From: Vulcanisaeta distributa DSM 14429
GTDB lineage: Archaea > Thermoproteota > Thermoprotei > Thermoproteales > Thermocladiaceae
Direction of reading: 5' to 3'
NCBI RefSeq assembly: GCF_000148385.1
Contig: NC_014537.1
Location: 600,001-632,000, forward strand
Length of the DNA stretch: 32,000 nucleotides
Positions 16,310-25,933 of the stretch are shown here, in pieces. Every line of letters begins with the position of its first letter. Positions within the stretch are counted from its first letter, which is position 1. Under the pieces are notes generated by a model. That model did no database searches. It had not been told where the DNA came from and saw only the letters and a program-made list of their open reading frames with translations. A program made the translations under genes and the position numbers.

Positions 16310-17689
16310 TTACGTGCTTGAACTAATTACCGTTACCTGGTTAGTAAATACATCAACGGTAACCGTTATTGGCGATGGACTATTGAAACAGCCTAGGTAG
16401 TTCCCGAAGGTTGACGTGAAGTTTATAGTCTCATAAAGCGGTGAATAGCCACCGGGCCTGCTTGGGTCGAGCATGAATATGTCGCTTGGTATCACGGTAT
16501 ATGTATAACCAACCACTGGATTGTTGAAGTTCCAGGTCCATTTATCCTGACCCAGGGTTGGATTGCCTGAGTAGCCCCAGCCGATCGTTCCCTGGGTGAT
16601 GGTCTCAGACACCTGCACGTAGACGCCGGATGGACCAGCACCAAGTGTGTAGGATATTGTTTGCTGACCAGATGATGAGCCCGTCGGCGCAGCACCCCAG
16701 AATACCTGACCTGGGTAGATATTGGAATACGCATTAACGCCCTCACCTGCATAGCATGGGGTGAAGCTACCACTAGGTGTTAAAAAACCCTCCACCTCAT
16801 GTTGTATCAGGTTTAGGAACCACCAGTACGGACCAGGGTATTGCTGATATGCGTAATAGAACTTGACCATGGCCCACTGCTCACCCGCCAATTTACCAAA
16901 CCAGTCATAGGTGCTTGATGAGTACCAACCCACGTAGCCTACGTACGTGAATCCCTGTATGAAGACCGTGATTGACGTTGCGCTTGATTGAAGCTCAACC
17001 TTCGGTGCATCAAATGATAAGGTTGGTATTATGGCATAGAGCCTATTGCCAATGTCCATCAACATCTCATTATAATCCCTCCAACCCTTTAATACTGCGT
17101 ATGTCGAATCAACCGCAGGTAATCCCTCAAAAACGTCCCAACCAGTCACAAACCTACTGGAGTTCCTTAATGGCATCATCGCCAGCATTATTGCCGTAAC
17201 ATCAGTCGGTAATTTAGGTAGTACAGTCTTATTGGGGCCGGGCTCGCCTATGACCACCGTCGCCCTTTCATCGATGAAGTTCTTTACCAGAGTTAATAAT
17301 GCATTACCTGCATTGGGACCAACAACTTCAACGGGTACACCACGCCCTAGGTAATTGATCACCTCATACTTATAATAACTACTATTTAGGCTTAGTAAGT
17401 CATCCTCAATAACGACAATGCTGCATGAGGCATTGCCCGGAAGCTCGGACTTCACGGTGAAGGGCACATTAACAGTGCCCAGGCCCTTAACAATGCTTGC
17501 TACGTATGGGTTGCCCAGGGAGCCGACAATGCATACCGTGGGCTTAGTAACACCATTGAGTAGGGCATAGAGGGCGTTGCCGTTACTCGTTGTGGATTCA
17601 TGAGGCATGTGAAGCTGCATTAGGGATATGGCGGCGATTGCCACCACAACGCTAACTAGGGCATAGATTACCCGCCTCATAAACATCAT
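16310..17689 (-). CDS. Hypothetical secreted protein
   Basis: 459 aa with an N-terminal signal/anchor (MMFMRRVIYALVSVVVAIAAISLM). The C-terminal half is rich in Gly, Tyr, Trp and Thr, with several N-x-S/T sequons. I recognise no family. It lies 33 nt downstream of the membrane protein gene at 17723..18544. Confidence 0.55.
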   Translation of the reverse strand: MMFMRRVIYALVSVVVAIAAISLMQLHMPHESTTSNGNALYALLNGVTKPTVCIVGSLGNPYVASIVKGLGTVNVPFTVKSELPGNASCSIVVIEDDLLSLNSSYYKYEVINYLGRGVPVEVVGPNAGNALLTLVKNFIDERATVVIGEPGPNKTVLPKLPTDVTAIMLAMMPLRNSSRFVTGWDVFEGLPAVDSTYAVLKGWRDYNEMLMDIGNRLYAIIPTLSFDAPKVELQSSATSITVFIQGFTYVGYVGWYSSSTYDWFGKLAGEQWAMVKFYYAYQQYPGPYWWFLNLIQHEVEGFLTPSGSFTPCYAGEGVNAYSNIYPGQVFWGAAPTGSSSGQQTISYTLGAGPSGVYVQVSETITQGTIGWGYSGNPTLGQDKWTWNFNNPVVGYTYTVIPSDIFMLDPSRPGGYSPLYETINFTSTFGNYLGCFNSPSPITVTVDVFTNQVTVISSST

Positions 17690-17722
17690 TAAGCCACCCT
17701 AAGACTTTTTTCACTTGTGTGT

Positions 17723-18544
17723 TCAATTAAAATGCGCCCTGTGGATTACGTAATTGAACGCCCTAAAACCAATGATGAAGATGAACGCCGATAATGAAAC
17801 CACGGAGGTGAAGTAGACCGTGGATAGGGGCATTATTAGTGATGAGTTGATGATGGCGAGGGCAACCGCGTTGTCCATGTACCAGGTAAATGAATCCATG
17901 TAGGCATGGGCTAATACCATGAGAATCAACCCCCTGAAGCCCTTATTTAAGGCTTGATAGGTTTTAAGGACCATTGATGAGCCTAGGTGGAATAGGATGG
18001 AAACGATGGGTTGAACGGCAATGCCTACCAGGCCTATGGTGGATATTACGTTGGCGTACTCAATACCAGGATTCACGGATGCGGGTATCAACAGTGGCAA
18101 TACCAAACCCATCATTGCAAATGCCAAGTCCACCAGGGCAAAGCCATAACCAATGTATGGAGCCGACCCGGGTTCACGATCCCTAATTGCCAAGTACCTG
18201 AAGGCTTCCTGGAAGACGCCGGCCATCAAACCCATGTAGATTGCCATAAGGTAAAAACTCGACTTAATGAGGCCCAGGACTAAGTCGGTAATTGACGAGA
18301 CACCTCCAATCATCACCTCCCTAATGTGGGTTAGGAGGACTATGAGTATTGGTATTCCCTGGGTGATCACCTGCGGTATTAGGGCAAGCAGCATGAAGCC
18401 AACACCAATTAAGACCCACGAAGCCCTACCGCGCCAGGCAAGCCTACTGAATATGGCGTAGGCAATGATTGGGGCCGTAACCAGGTAGGTGACTGCCAAT
18501 GCCGCGGTCATTAACTGCATGATTAAGGCCACCCAGCCAGGCAT
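17723..18544 (-). CDS. Polytopic membrane protein, possibly a YhfC/CPBP-like intramembrane metalloprotease
   Basis: 273 aa with about 7-8 TM helices. The motifs GVFQEAFRYLAIR and LAHAYMDSF resemble the E-E-x-x-R and H-x-x-x-D/N motifs of the CPBP/YhfC families, but the first Glu is Gln here, so the assignment is tentative. Confidence 0.45.
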   Translation of the reverse strand: MPGWVALIMQLMTAALAVTYLVTAPIIAYAIFSRLAWRGRASWVLIGVGFMLLALIPQVITQGIPILIVLLTHIREVMIGGVSSITDLVLGLIKSSFYLMAIYMGLMAGVFQEAFRYLAIRDREPGSAPYIGYGFALVDLAFAMMGLVLPLLIPASVNPGIEYANVISTIGLVGIAVQPIVSILFHLGSSMVLKTYQALNKGFRGLILMVLAHAYMDSFTWYMDNAVALAIINSSLIMPLSTVYFTSVVSLSAFIFIIGFRAFNYVIHRAHFN

Positions 18545-18585
18545 TTCTATGAATAATACTTTTAAGGGCTTCGCAATCTCTACGT

Positions 18586-19959
18586 ATGCTTATGACGATT
18601 ACCAAGCAGTCCTACATAGTTAAGTGGTTAATCCTAGGCGTATTAATCGGGGTGGTTGCCGGTGCCTCGGCATTAACGTTTTACCTAGTGCTCAGATTAA
18701 CTACGTACGTATTCATGGACCTACTCATTGGTTATAGGCAGCCCGAGCCCATTGGGTTTGGAGGTTCACTAACGTACACACCCCACATTGAGAGGCCTTG
18801 GTTAATACCCGTGTCCACGGTACTCGGCGCGGTGATTGTCGCTTACCTAGCCAGGGAATTCCGCGAGTCGAGGGCCGGCCTTGACGCCGTTATAGAGGCG
18901 TACCACGGTAGAAGGAGGCCATTTAGTAATCCGGGGCTTCATGGCTTCATGAATGTCCTACTCTCGGCGATAACGATAGGGTCGGGCGGTTCCGCTGGGC
19001 CTGAGGCACCAACTGGAAACCTCGGGGGTGGCTTATCATACCTCATTGCCGAGGGGCTTGGGCTTAGTGATGAGGATAGGGCCCTGGCGATGATTGTCGG
19101 CATGGGCGCGGCCTTGGGGGCAGTATTCAAGGCGCCGGTGGGCGGTGCATTACTCGCGGCTGAACTACCCTACAGGAGGGACTTCGAGGTTAAGGCGTTG
19201 TACCCAGCCCTCGTGGCCTCGCTGACGGCCTACGCAATCTTCTGCCTAGTAACTGGCTTTAAGCCCTACATGGGCCAGGTAATGATGACCGTGCCCACAC
19301 CGTCAATTCCGCTCTACGCGGTCTTGGGGGTTGTTGATGGTGCCGTGGCCATGGCATACGTCGAGTCACTGGATGGCATCCACAGGTTATTTAGTAGGTT
19401 GAGGGTTAATGACGTGGTTAGGACCGCCATTGGCGGTGTTCTCATAGGCCTAATCGGCCTTATAATGCCGCAGGTACTCGGTGCCGGTGAGGGTTGGATG
19501 GATCTGGCGGTTTATGTAAGGTTAAGCAGCTTCTCCTCGCCGATAATGCCACTCATAATACTCCTAGCCCTACTCCCGCTCGTTAAAATTCTCTCCACAT
19601 CGGTTACCCTGGGTTCGGGGGAGGTCGGTGGCGTCTTTACGCCGGGTCTCGTGGTTGGCGCTTTCACGGGGTTGGACATGGGCCTACTCCTTCACTACCT
19701 ATACCCCACGCTCGTGCCGAGCGCCGTGCCCTTCGTCGTTGTGAGCTCCCTGGCAATGTTTGGTGCTGCTTCAAATGCCCCACTCGCCGTCATGGTGATG
19801 ATGCTTGAAATGACCAACAACTACCGAGTACTGCCGGAGGCAGTCATAGCCTCAACCATCGCCTACCTAATGACTACTTGGAAATACACGGTATTCAAGG
19901 CCCAAAGGGCCGGTAGAACGCGCACTGGACGTGGTGAACGCGGGTCATGGTCATCGTAG
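18586..19959 (+). CDS. ClC-family chloride channel / H+-Cl- exchanger
   Basis: 457 aa, polytopic. The motifs GSGGSAGPEAP (selectivity-filter G-x-E-G-P-like), GAVFKAPVGGALLA and GEVGGVFTPGL (G-x-F-x-P) are ClC hallmarks. There are no C-terminal CBS domains. Confidence 0.8.
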   Translation: MLMTITKQSYIVKWLILGVLIGVVAGASALTFYLVLRLTTYVFMDLLIGYRQPEPIGFGGSLTYTPHIERPWLIPVSTVLGAVIVAYLAREFRESRAGLDAVIEAYHGRRRPFSNPGLHGFMNVLLSAITIGSGGSAGPEAPTGNLGGGLSYLIAEGLGLSDEDRALAMIVGMGAALGAVFKAPVGGALLAAELPYRRDFEVKALYPALVASLTAYAIFCLVTGFKPYMGQVMMTVPTPSIPLYAVLGVVDGAVAMAYVESLDGIHRLFSRLRVNDVVRTAIGGVLIGLIGLIMPQVLGAGEGWMDLAVYVRLSSFSSPIMPLIILLALLPLVKILSTSVTLGSGEVGGVFTPGLVVGAFTGLDMGLLLHYLYPTLVPSAVPFVVVSSLAMFGAASNAPLAVMVMMLEMTNNYRVLPEAVIASTIAYLMTTWKYTVFKAQRAGRTRTGRGERGSWSS

Positions 19960-20370
19960 AGAAATACTGAAGTCCTAACAATGGAGGCATCAGAAAGGGG
20001 GGCCAAAGAAACTAGGGTTAATCTCATCACTAGCGGCCTTCGCAATAGTCCTAGTAGTAATTACGAGAAGGCCATTAACGCGTTGGCACCCCATTCATGC
20101 TGCACTCACATGGTTAAGTGACCCAGACCCTGGCCTTCCTGGGTATGTCCACGAAATCCTCGAGGTTTAGACCGATAGTTTCTGGGCTAAGCCTTAGGTC
20201 TCCGGCCTCTATAAACAGCACCACGGCACTCCTAACCCTGGGTGGTAATGAATTAATGAACCCCAATCAGCCTCCCTCCTCCTCACCCTAACCTCCCCCT
20301 CACGCTCCTCAAGCTCCCTAATCACCCCCAGAACCATTACAAAACCACCAACTAGGCATTGCATTAAAAA

Positions 20371-20820
20371 CTAGGAGATTAAGCGCCTAATCAACTCATT
20401 ATCCACAGCCCTGGGCGACTCGGCATAGACTCGGGCACCGAGGCCCAGGGCCCCCCTGAGGACCGCCTCACCATCAGCGTCGGCATTAACCACATTAATG
20501 AGTAGGGCGTAGTCAATGGAGCCGGGCCTAATGGGCGGTAAAGCCGCGTCGGCACATACCACGTCCACGTTGGGCAGGTAATTCACATACCTAAGCACAC
20601 CGCAGGCAATGTCTAGGCACACGTACAGCCTAGCTGAACCCGACAACAGGCCGGCTCCAACACCAACACCACAGCCAATGTCCAGAACCCTCATGCCCCT
20701 TGTCCTCAACGTCTCGGCAGCCCTGAGGTAGCCGAGCACGCTATCCCTCAGGTATAGGTCCAGGTACCTGGTGCCTAATGCCTCGTAGTAACTACGTACA
20801 TAGAGCTTATATCCAAGCAT
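20371..20820 (-). CDS. Small class I SAM-dependent methyltransferase
   Basis: 149 aa. Motif I is VLDIGCGVGVGAGLL, followed by CLDIA and VVCADAALPP (post-I and motif II-like acidic residues). Confidence 0.7.
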   Translation of the reverse strand: MLGYKLYVRSYYEALGTRYLDLYLRDSVLGYLRAAETLRTRGMRVLDIGCGVGVGAGLLSGSARLYVCLDIACGVLRYVNYLPNVDVVCADAALPPIRPGSIDYALLINVVNADADGEAVLRGALGLGARVYAESPRAVDNELIRRLIS

Positions 20821-20902
20821 AACACTGCCAACTAACTCACTATGCTCCTTAGCCCCCTTTAAGCCTTCAGCCCCTAATACATCGCCTCACCACCCGGCTT
20901 CG

Positions 20903-22072
20903 CTACTTCACGACTCTACCCCTGTACATTAGGTATATCGTCAAGTCATACATAATCTTCAGAGACCCACTTATTATGAATGGTAGGGAGTAGAGCCCCT
21001 GGGATATTAAATCACCGACTATTAACGGACCTGGTAAGGAACCAATGCTCCTCGCGGTATTCGTCACAGCATTCGCCGGAACCCTCTCCTCATCACTAAA
21101 TATCTGCGCCATGAATGCCTGCCTAGTCGGAACATCCATCTGGGAAACACTCTGCCTGAGCAGGAGGAATGCGAGACTCCCCGTGAATGAACCAGCGAGT
21201 GGTATGAGTATTAGGAATATGTTCGAAATAATGTGCGTGTAGACCATCGTCCTCAGATTACCGATCCTCTCGGCAATCAACGGCGCAATCACCAGTGAGA
21301 TCGCCGTAACCACATTAACAACCATAAAAACCAAACCCAACTCCCTCAGGGTCACCCCATAACGAATATAGAACCAGTAGGATAGTAGGGACTGCGTAAC
21401 CAACCCACCCCCAAAGGCATCCACCGAGAATAGCATTGATAAATTCCTAATGTCAGCAACGGCAGTCCTACCCAAACCCCTCAAACCAAGCCTCCTCCCG
21501 CCACCCTCAATATTGCCTAGGGCGCTGTAGGCAATAACCATGACCAAACCAACCACGGCATATATGAGGTACATCGACCTAACAAACACCAATTTATCCC
21601 CCAGGTAGGCCGGTAATGATGATGCGAGGGCACCCAGCGATGATGCTGAGTAACCAATTAGGTTGTAAAGGCCCAGGACCCTACCCAACCTATTGCCCGT
21701 GAACCTAGGCAACACACCAACCTCAATGGATTGGAAGGGACCCGCCTCAGTCCCTGTCGTACTTATGTTACCCATGAAAAGCGCCAGGGCTAGTACAGGG
21801 TATAGTGAGGATGAGGATAGGAGGATGCCGGAGATGAATATGAGTAGGCTAAAAATGATCAATAACCTCCTCCTACCAATCACATTGCCGAACCACGTAA
21901 GTAATACGTTTGAGAAGACATTACCGAGGACTACCAGGAATATGGATGCACCAACGTAGGTTGGTGAAAAACCCAGCATTGCCAGGTAAATGGGCGTCAA
22001 TACGCTGACCATGCCGAAGACAAAGGTCCTCAACCCCTTAACAATCAAAATCAAGTAAACACTCCTATGCAT
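20903..22072 (-). CDS. MFS transporter
   Basis: 389 aa with about 12 TM helices and a WFGNVIGRRRLL loop (motif A-like) after TM2. Confidence 0.75.
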   Translation of the reverse strand: MHRSVYLILIVKGLRTFVFGMVSVLTPIYLAMLGFSPTYVGASIFLVVLGNVFSNVLLTWFGNVIGRRRLLIIFSLLIFISGILLSSSSLYPVLALALFMGNISTTGTEAGPFQSIEVGVLPRFTGNRLGRVLGLYNLIGYSASSLGALASSLPAYLGDKLVFVRSMYLIYAVVGLVMVIAYSALGNIEGGGRRLGLRGLGRTAVADIRNLSMLFSVDAFGGGLVTQSLLSYWFYIRYGVTLRELGLVFMVVNVVTAISLVIAPLIAERIGNLRTMVYTHIISNIFLILIPLAGSFTGSLAFLLLRQSVSQMDVPTRQAFMAQIFSDEERVPANAVTNTARSIGSLPGPLIVGDLISQGLYSLPFIISGSLKIMYDLTIYLMYRGRVVK

Positions 22073-22144
22073 CCTTAACTGGGCAATGGGAAATCACTGA
22101 GATTTTAAACATAATTAGTAAGTTAGGCAATAGCCCGAGTAAAG

Positions 22145-22152
22145 TAATAAAA
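22145..22152 (+). promoter_or_regulatory. TATA-like box TAATAAAA upstream of the ABC ATPase gene
   Basis: It ends 25 nt before ATG 22177. A second box (TTTAAAA on the minus strand, 22103-22109) lies 31 nt upstream of the divergent MFS start at 22072. Confidence 0.35.
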
Positions 22153-22176
22153 GCGAGTGGATTAGTGATTAGTTGA

Positions 22177-22917
22177 ATGGGTTGTGCATTGAGAATTGAA
22201 AAACTAACCGTCAAGTACGGGAGTAAGGTCGCCGTCGACGGCCTAAGCACCTGCGTAAGACCCGGGGAAACCTACTGCCTCCTCGGGCCTAACGGCGCTG
22301 GTAAGACATCAACGATTAAGGCGGTGCTCGGCCTCGTGAAGTACGAGGGCACAATAGACATACTTGGTATGGGGCCGCCAAGGCCCGAGGTCATGAACAG
22401 TGTTGGCGCTGTCCTGGAGACGCCGTTGGTCCTGGAGACGCTGAGCCCGAGGGATTTCCTGGAGTTCGTGGGCTCCGTGAGGGGTGTTGGGGATTCGAGG
22501 TACGTTGAAGCCCTGGTCAGGGCACTGGGCCTTGAGGAGTTCATTGATAGGCCAATAATGTCCCTATCCGCGGGTAATAGGCAGAAGGTGGCCATAGTGG
22601 CGGCCCTAATGCATAGGCCTAGGCTCCTACTCATGGATGAACCCTTCAACTACCTGGATGCCAAGTCCGTCAGGGTTGTTAAGGAGTTGATGCAGAGGCA
22701 CCTTGAGTCCAATGGCTCAATACTCTTCACGACGCACATAATGGAGGTTGCCGAGAGGGTTTGCACCAGGATTGGCATCATGAACGCGGGTAGGTTGGTC
22801 GTGGAGGGGACCCCCACGGAGATTATGAGCGCGGTCAATGCTGGTACTCTCGAGGATGCCTTCCTGAGGGCCATTAGGGCTGAGGATGAGATTAAGGGCT
22901 TGTTGGAGGGCTTGTGA
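22177..22917 (+). CDS. ABC transporter ATP-binding protein
   Basis: Walker A is GPNGAGKTS, the signature is LSAGNRQKV, Walker B is LLLMDEPFNYLD and the H-loop is LFTTH. Confidence 0.9.
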   Translation: MGCALRIEKLTVKYGSKVAVDGLSTCVRPGETYCLLGPNGAGKTSTIKAVLGLVKYEGTIDILGMGPPRPEVMNSVGAVLETPLVLETLSPRDFLEFVGSVRGVGDSRYVEALVRALGLEEFIDRPIMSLSAGNRQKVAIVAALMHRPRLLLMDEPFNYLDAKSVRVVKELMQRHLESNGSILFTTHIMEVAERVCTRIGIMNAGRLVVEGTPTEIMSAVNAGTLEDAFLRAIRAEDEIKGLLEGL

Positions 22918-24467
22918 CCATGAATCCCTGGGAGCTCGGTGACCTGGTCTATAGGGAGTTGATAGTACAGGCAATAACCCAGGTCAGGAGGACTGGGGCT
23001 AGGCCCATCAGGGTTGATAGGGTCGTGGGTGGTTATGGGGTTATTAAGGCCGTGGCCTCAATAATCATAGCTGCATACCTAGCTGCGCCGCTCATCATAG
23101 CCCTAACCACGCACTGGGGTGGTGTGGTCGGTATTTATCGGTCACCACCCTATGAGTACATGATAATGTATCTCGCAATACTGATGACATACATGCTACT
23201 ATCACCAATAATAACCTCTGTAATGGGTCACCCAGTGATTGGTGATTTACTCAGGACGTTGGGTCTTGATGAGGGCTCAATAAGGCTTGCGGCCACGATG
23301 GCCGTTATAAGGGCGGTGGATGCACCGTTAATATCGTCGTTAACCACAGCCATGGTGATAGCCGCGGTAATACACACGCCGGCCCCAGCCCTGGTCACTG
23401 CCCAGGCTGTGCTCCTAGGACTCGTAGGCCCCCTGGTGGGTATAGTCGCCCTGGACACCGTGGTCAGGAGGAGGGGTTCCGTGAGCACGTTCCTCACCAG
23501 GTCCCTGGTTGTCGCCGCGAACTCAATACCCTGGGTAATAGCGCTTACGCTCCTAATGCTCAGTGAGGACCCTGGGATTATAAGCCCTGGGATTGCCCAG
23601 TACATACCGCTGATTAGTGATCCATTGATCATGAGCCACCCAATGGCGCTACTAAACTCCGTGACCACCACGGCGGTGCTGACCGCCATTGACTCATACC
23701 TATTAATTAATGCTGGGTCGAGACTACTAATGCCGAGGCTCCCAGGGGGTCCCGAGTCCCTAATCACCGTTAACAAGCCGTTCAGGGGATTCAGGTTTAG
23801 GGGGCCGTTCATGGGCCTCGTCAGGTACTACATGAGGCAGTTACTCAGTGCCAGGGGCTCCCTGGGGATGGTGGTTGGCGGAGCCTTAATGGCCGTGTTC
23901 CTATACGTTTCCCTGGCAACGTCGATGAGGGGCCTAACCCAATTTGAGTTAATAATCGGCGTCATGGCCTACGCCGCGCCACTCGCCTTCATAACCTCGT
24001 TCCTACCAGTCATGATGTATAACGCGGAGTACTCGGCATTGCCCATAATACTCACGGTGCCGGTAACGCCCATTAGGAGGATGATGGCCAAGGTCCCCAT
24101 GGTACTCACTGCGTACTACGCCCTCGCCGCGCCCATGGTGGTCATACTCGCGGCCCTCCACCACCCATCCGCCATACCGCCGGTCCTAGCCCTTGCCGTG
24201 TCGCCACTGGCATCCACCGTGATGTCCGCCGTAATATTCCAACTGGAGGTTAGGGATTACCTAAACGGTTCCCAGGCATTGGCGATACTAAACCTCGTCA
24301 ATACACTGCTCATAATAACCGCAGCCTCGATACCCATCATAGCCTTCATAACAGCCCAGGTACTTACCATGAACATTACCTACTCAACAATGGCTTTAGC
24401 AGTGACGGGGGCCGCCGAGACAGCCGTGCTTTCCCTAGCCCTAATAGGCCTGGTCAGGGCTGGGTGA
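22914..24467 (+). CDS. Polytopic membrane protein, presumed permease partner of the ABC ATPase
   Basis: 517 aa with many TM helices in two blocks. The GTG start overlaps the ATPase stop (GTGA), and ATG 22920 is an alternative start. I recognise no family signature. Confidence 0.6.
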   Translation: MTMNPWELGDLVYRELIVQAITQVRRTGARPIRVDRVVGGYGVIKAVASIIIAAYLAAPLIIALTTHWGGVVGIYRSPPYEYMIMYLAILMTYMLLSPIITSVMGHPVIGDLLRTLGLDEGSIRLAATMAVIRAVDAPLISSLTTAMVIAAVIHTPAPALVTAQAVLLGLVGPLVGIVALDTVVRRRGSVSTFLTRSLVVAANSIPWVIALTLLMLSEDPGIISPGIAQYIPLISDPLIMSHPMALLNSVTTTAVLTAIDSYLLINAGSRLLMPRLPGGPESLITVNKPFRGFRFRGPFMGLVRYYMRQLLSARGSLGMVVGGALMAVFLYVSLATSMRGLTQFELIIGVMAYAAPLAFITSFLPVMMYNAEYSALPIILTVPVTPIRRMMAKVPMVLTAYYALAAPMVVILAALHHPSAIPPVLALAVSPLASTVMSAVIFQLEVRDYLNGSQALAILNLVNTLLIITAASIPIIAFITAQVLTMNITYSTMALAVTGAAETAVLSLALIGLVRAG

Positions 24468-24476
24468 CCAAGCAAC

Positions 24477-25067
24477 TCACTGCTTCTGCTGGGCCTTCTG
24501 GGCGCCCTTCCTTGAGCCGCTCAACTCCTCCTCAATCCACTCAAGCTTACCAAGCATGGGCTGTCTAAGGGTTAGGCTTACCCTAACCACGTCCCTGTTG
24601 CCCGCGGTCACGTAACTCACGCCCACGACCCTGGCCCTAACCACGTCACCCCTACCAAGCCTACGCCTGCTGCGCTCGCCCACGAAGGCTCCGCTCTGCT
24701 TGTCGTAGAGGACCACGTTATCCTCCATCATCTGGGTCCTGTGTATCAGGGCGTCAATTGGCCCAATCCTCACGAAGGCCCCGAAGTCCTCAGTCCTAAC
24801 CACCTCACCCTCAACAACCTCGTTAATCAACGGCGTATACACCAGGGCCTTGAAGCGTACCCTATTGTACGTTGCTCCATCACCGAATATCACCACGCCC
24901 CTCTTGCTCACCTCAACGTCGAATATGGCCACGTAGACCCCCACATCCCTCTCAACCCTACCCACGTACTCACCCCACAGGACCTCAAAGGCAACCCTCT
25001 CCAGCGGCTCCCCAAACCTGCTGGGTGGAATCCTGATGTAGTCCTCGAGTGTTAAGACCCTAAACAT
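24477..25067 (-). CDS. rpo7: DNA-directed RNA polymerase subunit Rpo7 (RpoE')
   Basis: It aligns along its whole length with my recollection of Sulfolobus Rpo7: IRIPPSRFGEPL, VIFGDGATYNRVRF, INEVVEGEVV, FGAFVRIGPIDALIH, GDVVRARVVGVS, LTLRQPMLGKLEWI. Confidence 0.9.
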   Translation of the reverse strand: MFRVLTLEDYIRIPPSRFGEPLERVAFEVLWGEYVGRVERDVGVYVAIFDVEVSKRGVVIFGDGATYNRVRFKALVYTPLINEVVEGEVVRTEDFGAFVRIGPIDALIHRTQMMEDNVVLYDKQSGAFVGERSRRRLGRGDVVRARVVGVSYVTAGNRDVVRVSLTLRQPMLGKLEWIEEELSGSRKGAQKAQQKQ

Positions 25068-25090
25068 GCAGGGTTCGTTTTAATAAACCC

Positions 25091-25099
25091 TTTAAAAAA
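25091..25099 (-). promoter_or_regulatory. TATA-like box (TTTTTTAAA on the minus strand) for rpo7
   Basis: Its proximal edge lies 24 nt upstream of ATG 25067. It is flanked by a short inverted repeat, AGGGTT/AACCCT. Confidence 0.35.
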
Positions 25100-25103
25100 C
25101 TAA

Positions 25104-25511
25104 TCACCCCAACCCGTAAATCTCCCTCCAGGGCCTACCCTCCTCAACCATCCTGAGTATGATCACCCTAACCTTCTCAATACACGTCAGTAAATCCCTA
25201 CCAAGCATCCCAACGATCACGGGATTCGCCCTAGAGGCTATGAAGTTTGAGGAGGCCACTATTGCCATGTACCTGGCAAGCACGAACTCATTACTCAACT
25301 CAACAACCCTCTCCATAACCCTCCAGGCGTTGGTTAACTCATCACCGCCGCACTCAACGCCCAGGGCGTTGCAGGACCTGTTTAGGGCCTCAACGCATAG
25401 TTTTGAGAGTTCACTCAGTACCGAGGCCCCATCTCCATTTAGGGCCCCACCAACCCTACTGGGCAACTCATCCCTTAGGTACTTGATTAATTCCTCATCC
25501 CTCCTAATCAT
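25104..25511 (-). CDS. Hypothetical alpha-helical protein
   Basis: 135-aa ORF wedged between the aIF1 and rpo7 genes (2-nt and 36-nt gaps). Its composition is helical (ELIKYLRDEL..., VVELSNEFVLARYMAIVASSNF). I recognise no family. The antisense ORF 25159..25560 is Ser/Leu/Thr-rich and so is a shadow. Confidence 0.5.
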   Translation of the reverse strand: MIRRDEELIKYLRDELPSRVGGALNGDGASVLSELSKLCVEALNRSCNALGVECGGDELTNAWRVMERVVELSNEFVLARYMAIVASSNFIASRANPVIVGMLGRDLLTCIEKVRVIILRMVEEGRPWREIYGLG

Positions 25512-25513
25512 CC

Positions 25514-25867
25514 CTAGGTCTCCACGATCGTCTCATCAATCAATATGTTCTCCTCCTTAAACCCCATCTCAACGAGCAGCTTCTTAACCCTCTGCCTCTG
25601 GTCACCCTGGACCTCAATCGAGTTCTCCCTAACAGTACCACCAGCCGCAAGCCTGCGCTTAAGCTCCTTGGCGATGCCATCGATGTCGAGTGCCTTAACA
25701 TCGGAACTATCAAACTCAATAACAGTCACCAAATGCCTCTTCCTCCTCTCAACCCTAACCCTAACCAACGCCTGCTCCTTAGCTATCTCCGCCTCAGCCG
25801 TACTCTCACCACCAAGCACTGACGAAAGCAACTCATCAACTATGTCTCCCTGACCCTCCCCACTCAT
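25514..25867 (-). CDS. Translation initiation factor aIF1 (SUI1 family)
   Basis: VRVRVERRKRHLVTVIEF....IAKELKRRLAAGGTVRENSIEVQGDQRQRVKKLLVEMGF is the classic SUI1/eIF1 core. Confidence 0.85.
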   Translation of the reverse strand: MSGEGQGDIVDELLSSVLGGESTAEAEIAKEQALVRVRVERRKRHLVTVIEFDSSDVKALDIDGIAKELKRRLAAGGTVRENSIEVQGDQRQRVKKLLVEMGFKEENILIDETIVET

Positions 25868-25892
25868 GGACCGAGTAATTAACTACCACATG

Positions 25893-25901
25893 TATTTATA
25901 T
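25893..25901 (-). promoter_or_regulatory. TATA box (ATATAAATA on the minus strand, preceded by AAAG) for the aIF1 gene
   Basis: Its proximal edge is 26 nt upstream of ATG 25867, which fits a leaderless transcript. Confidence 0.4.
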
Positions 25902-25933
25902 CTTTTGCGTCCAGGAAAAACGTGAATGACGCA

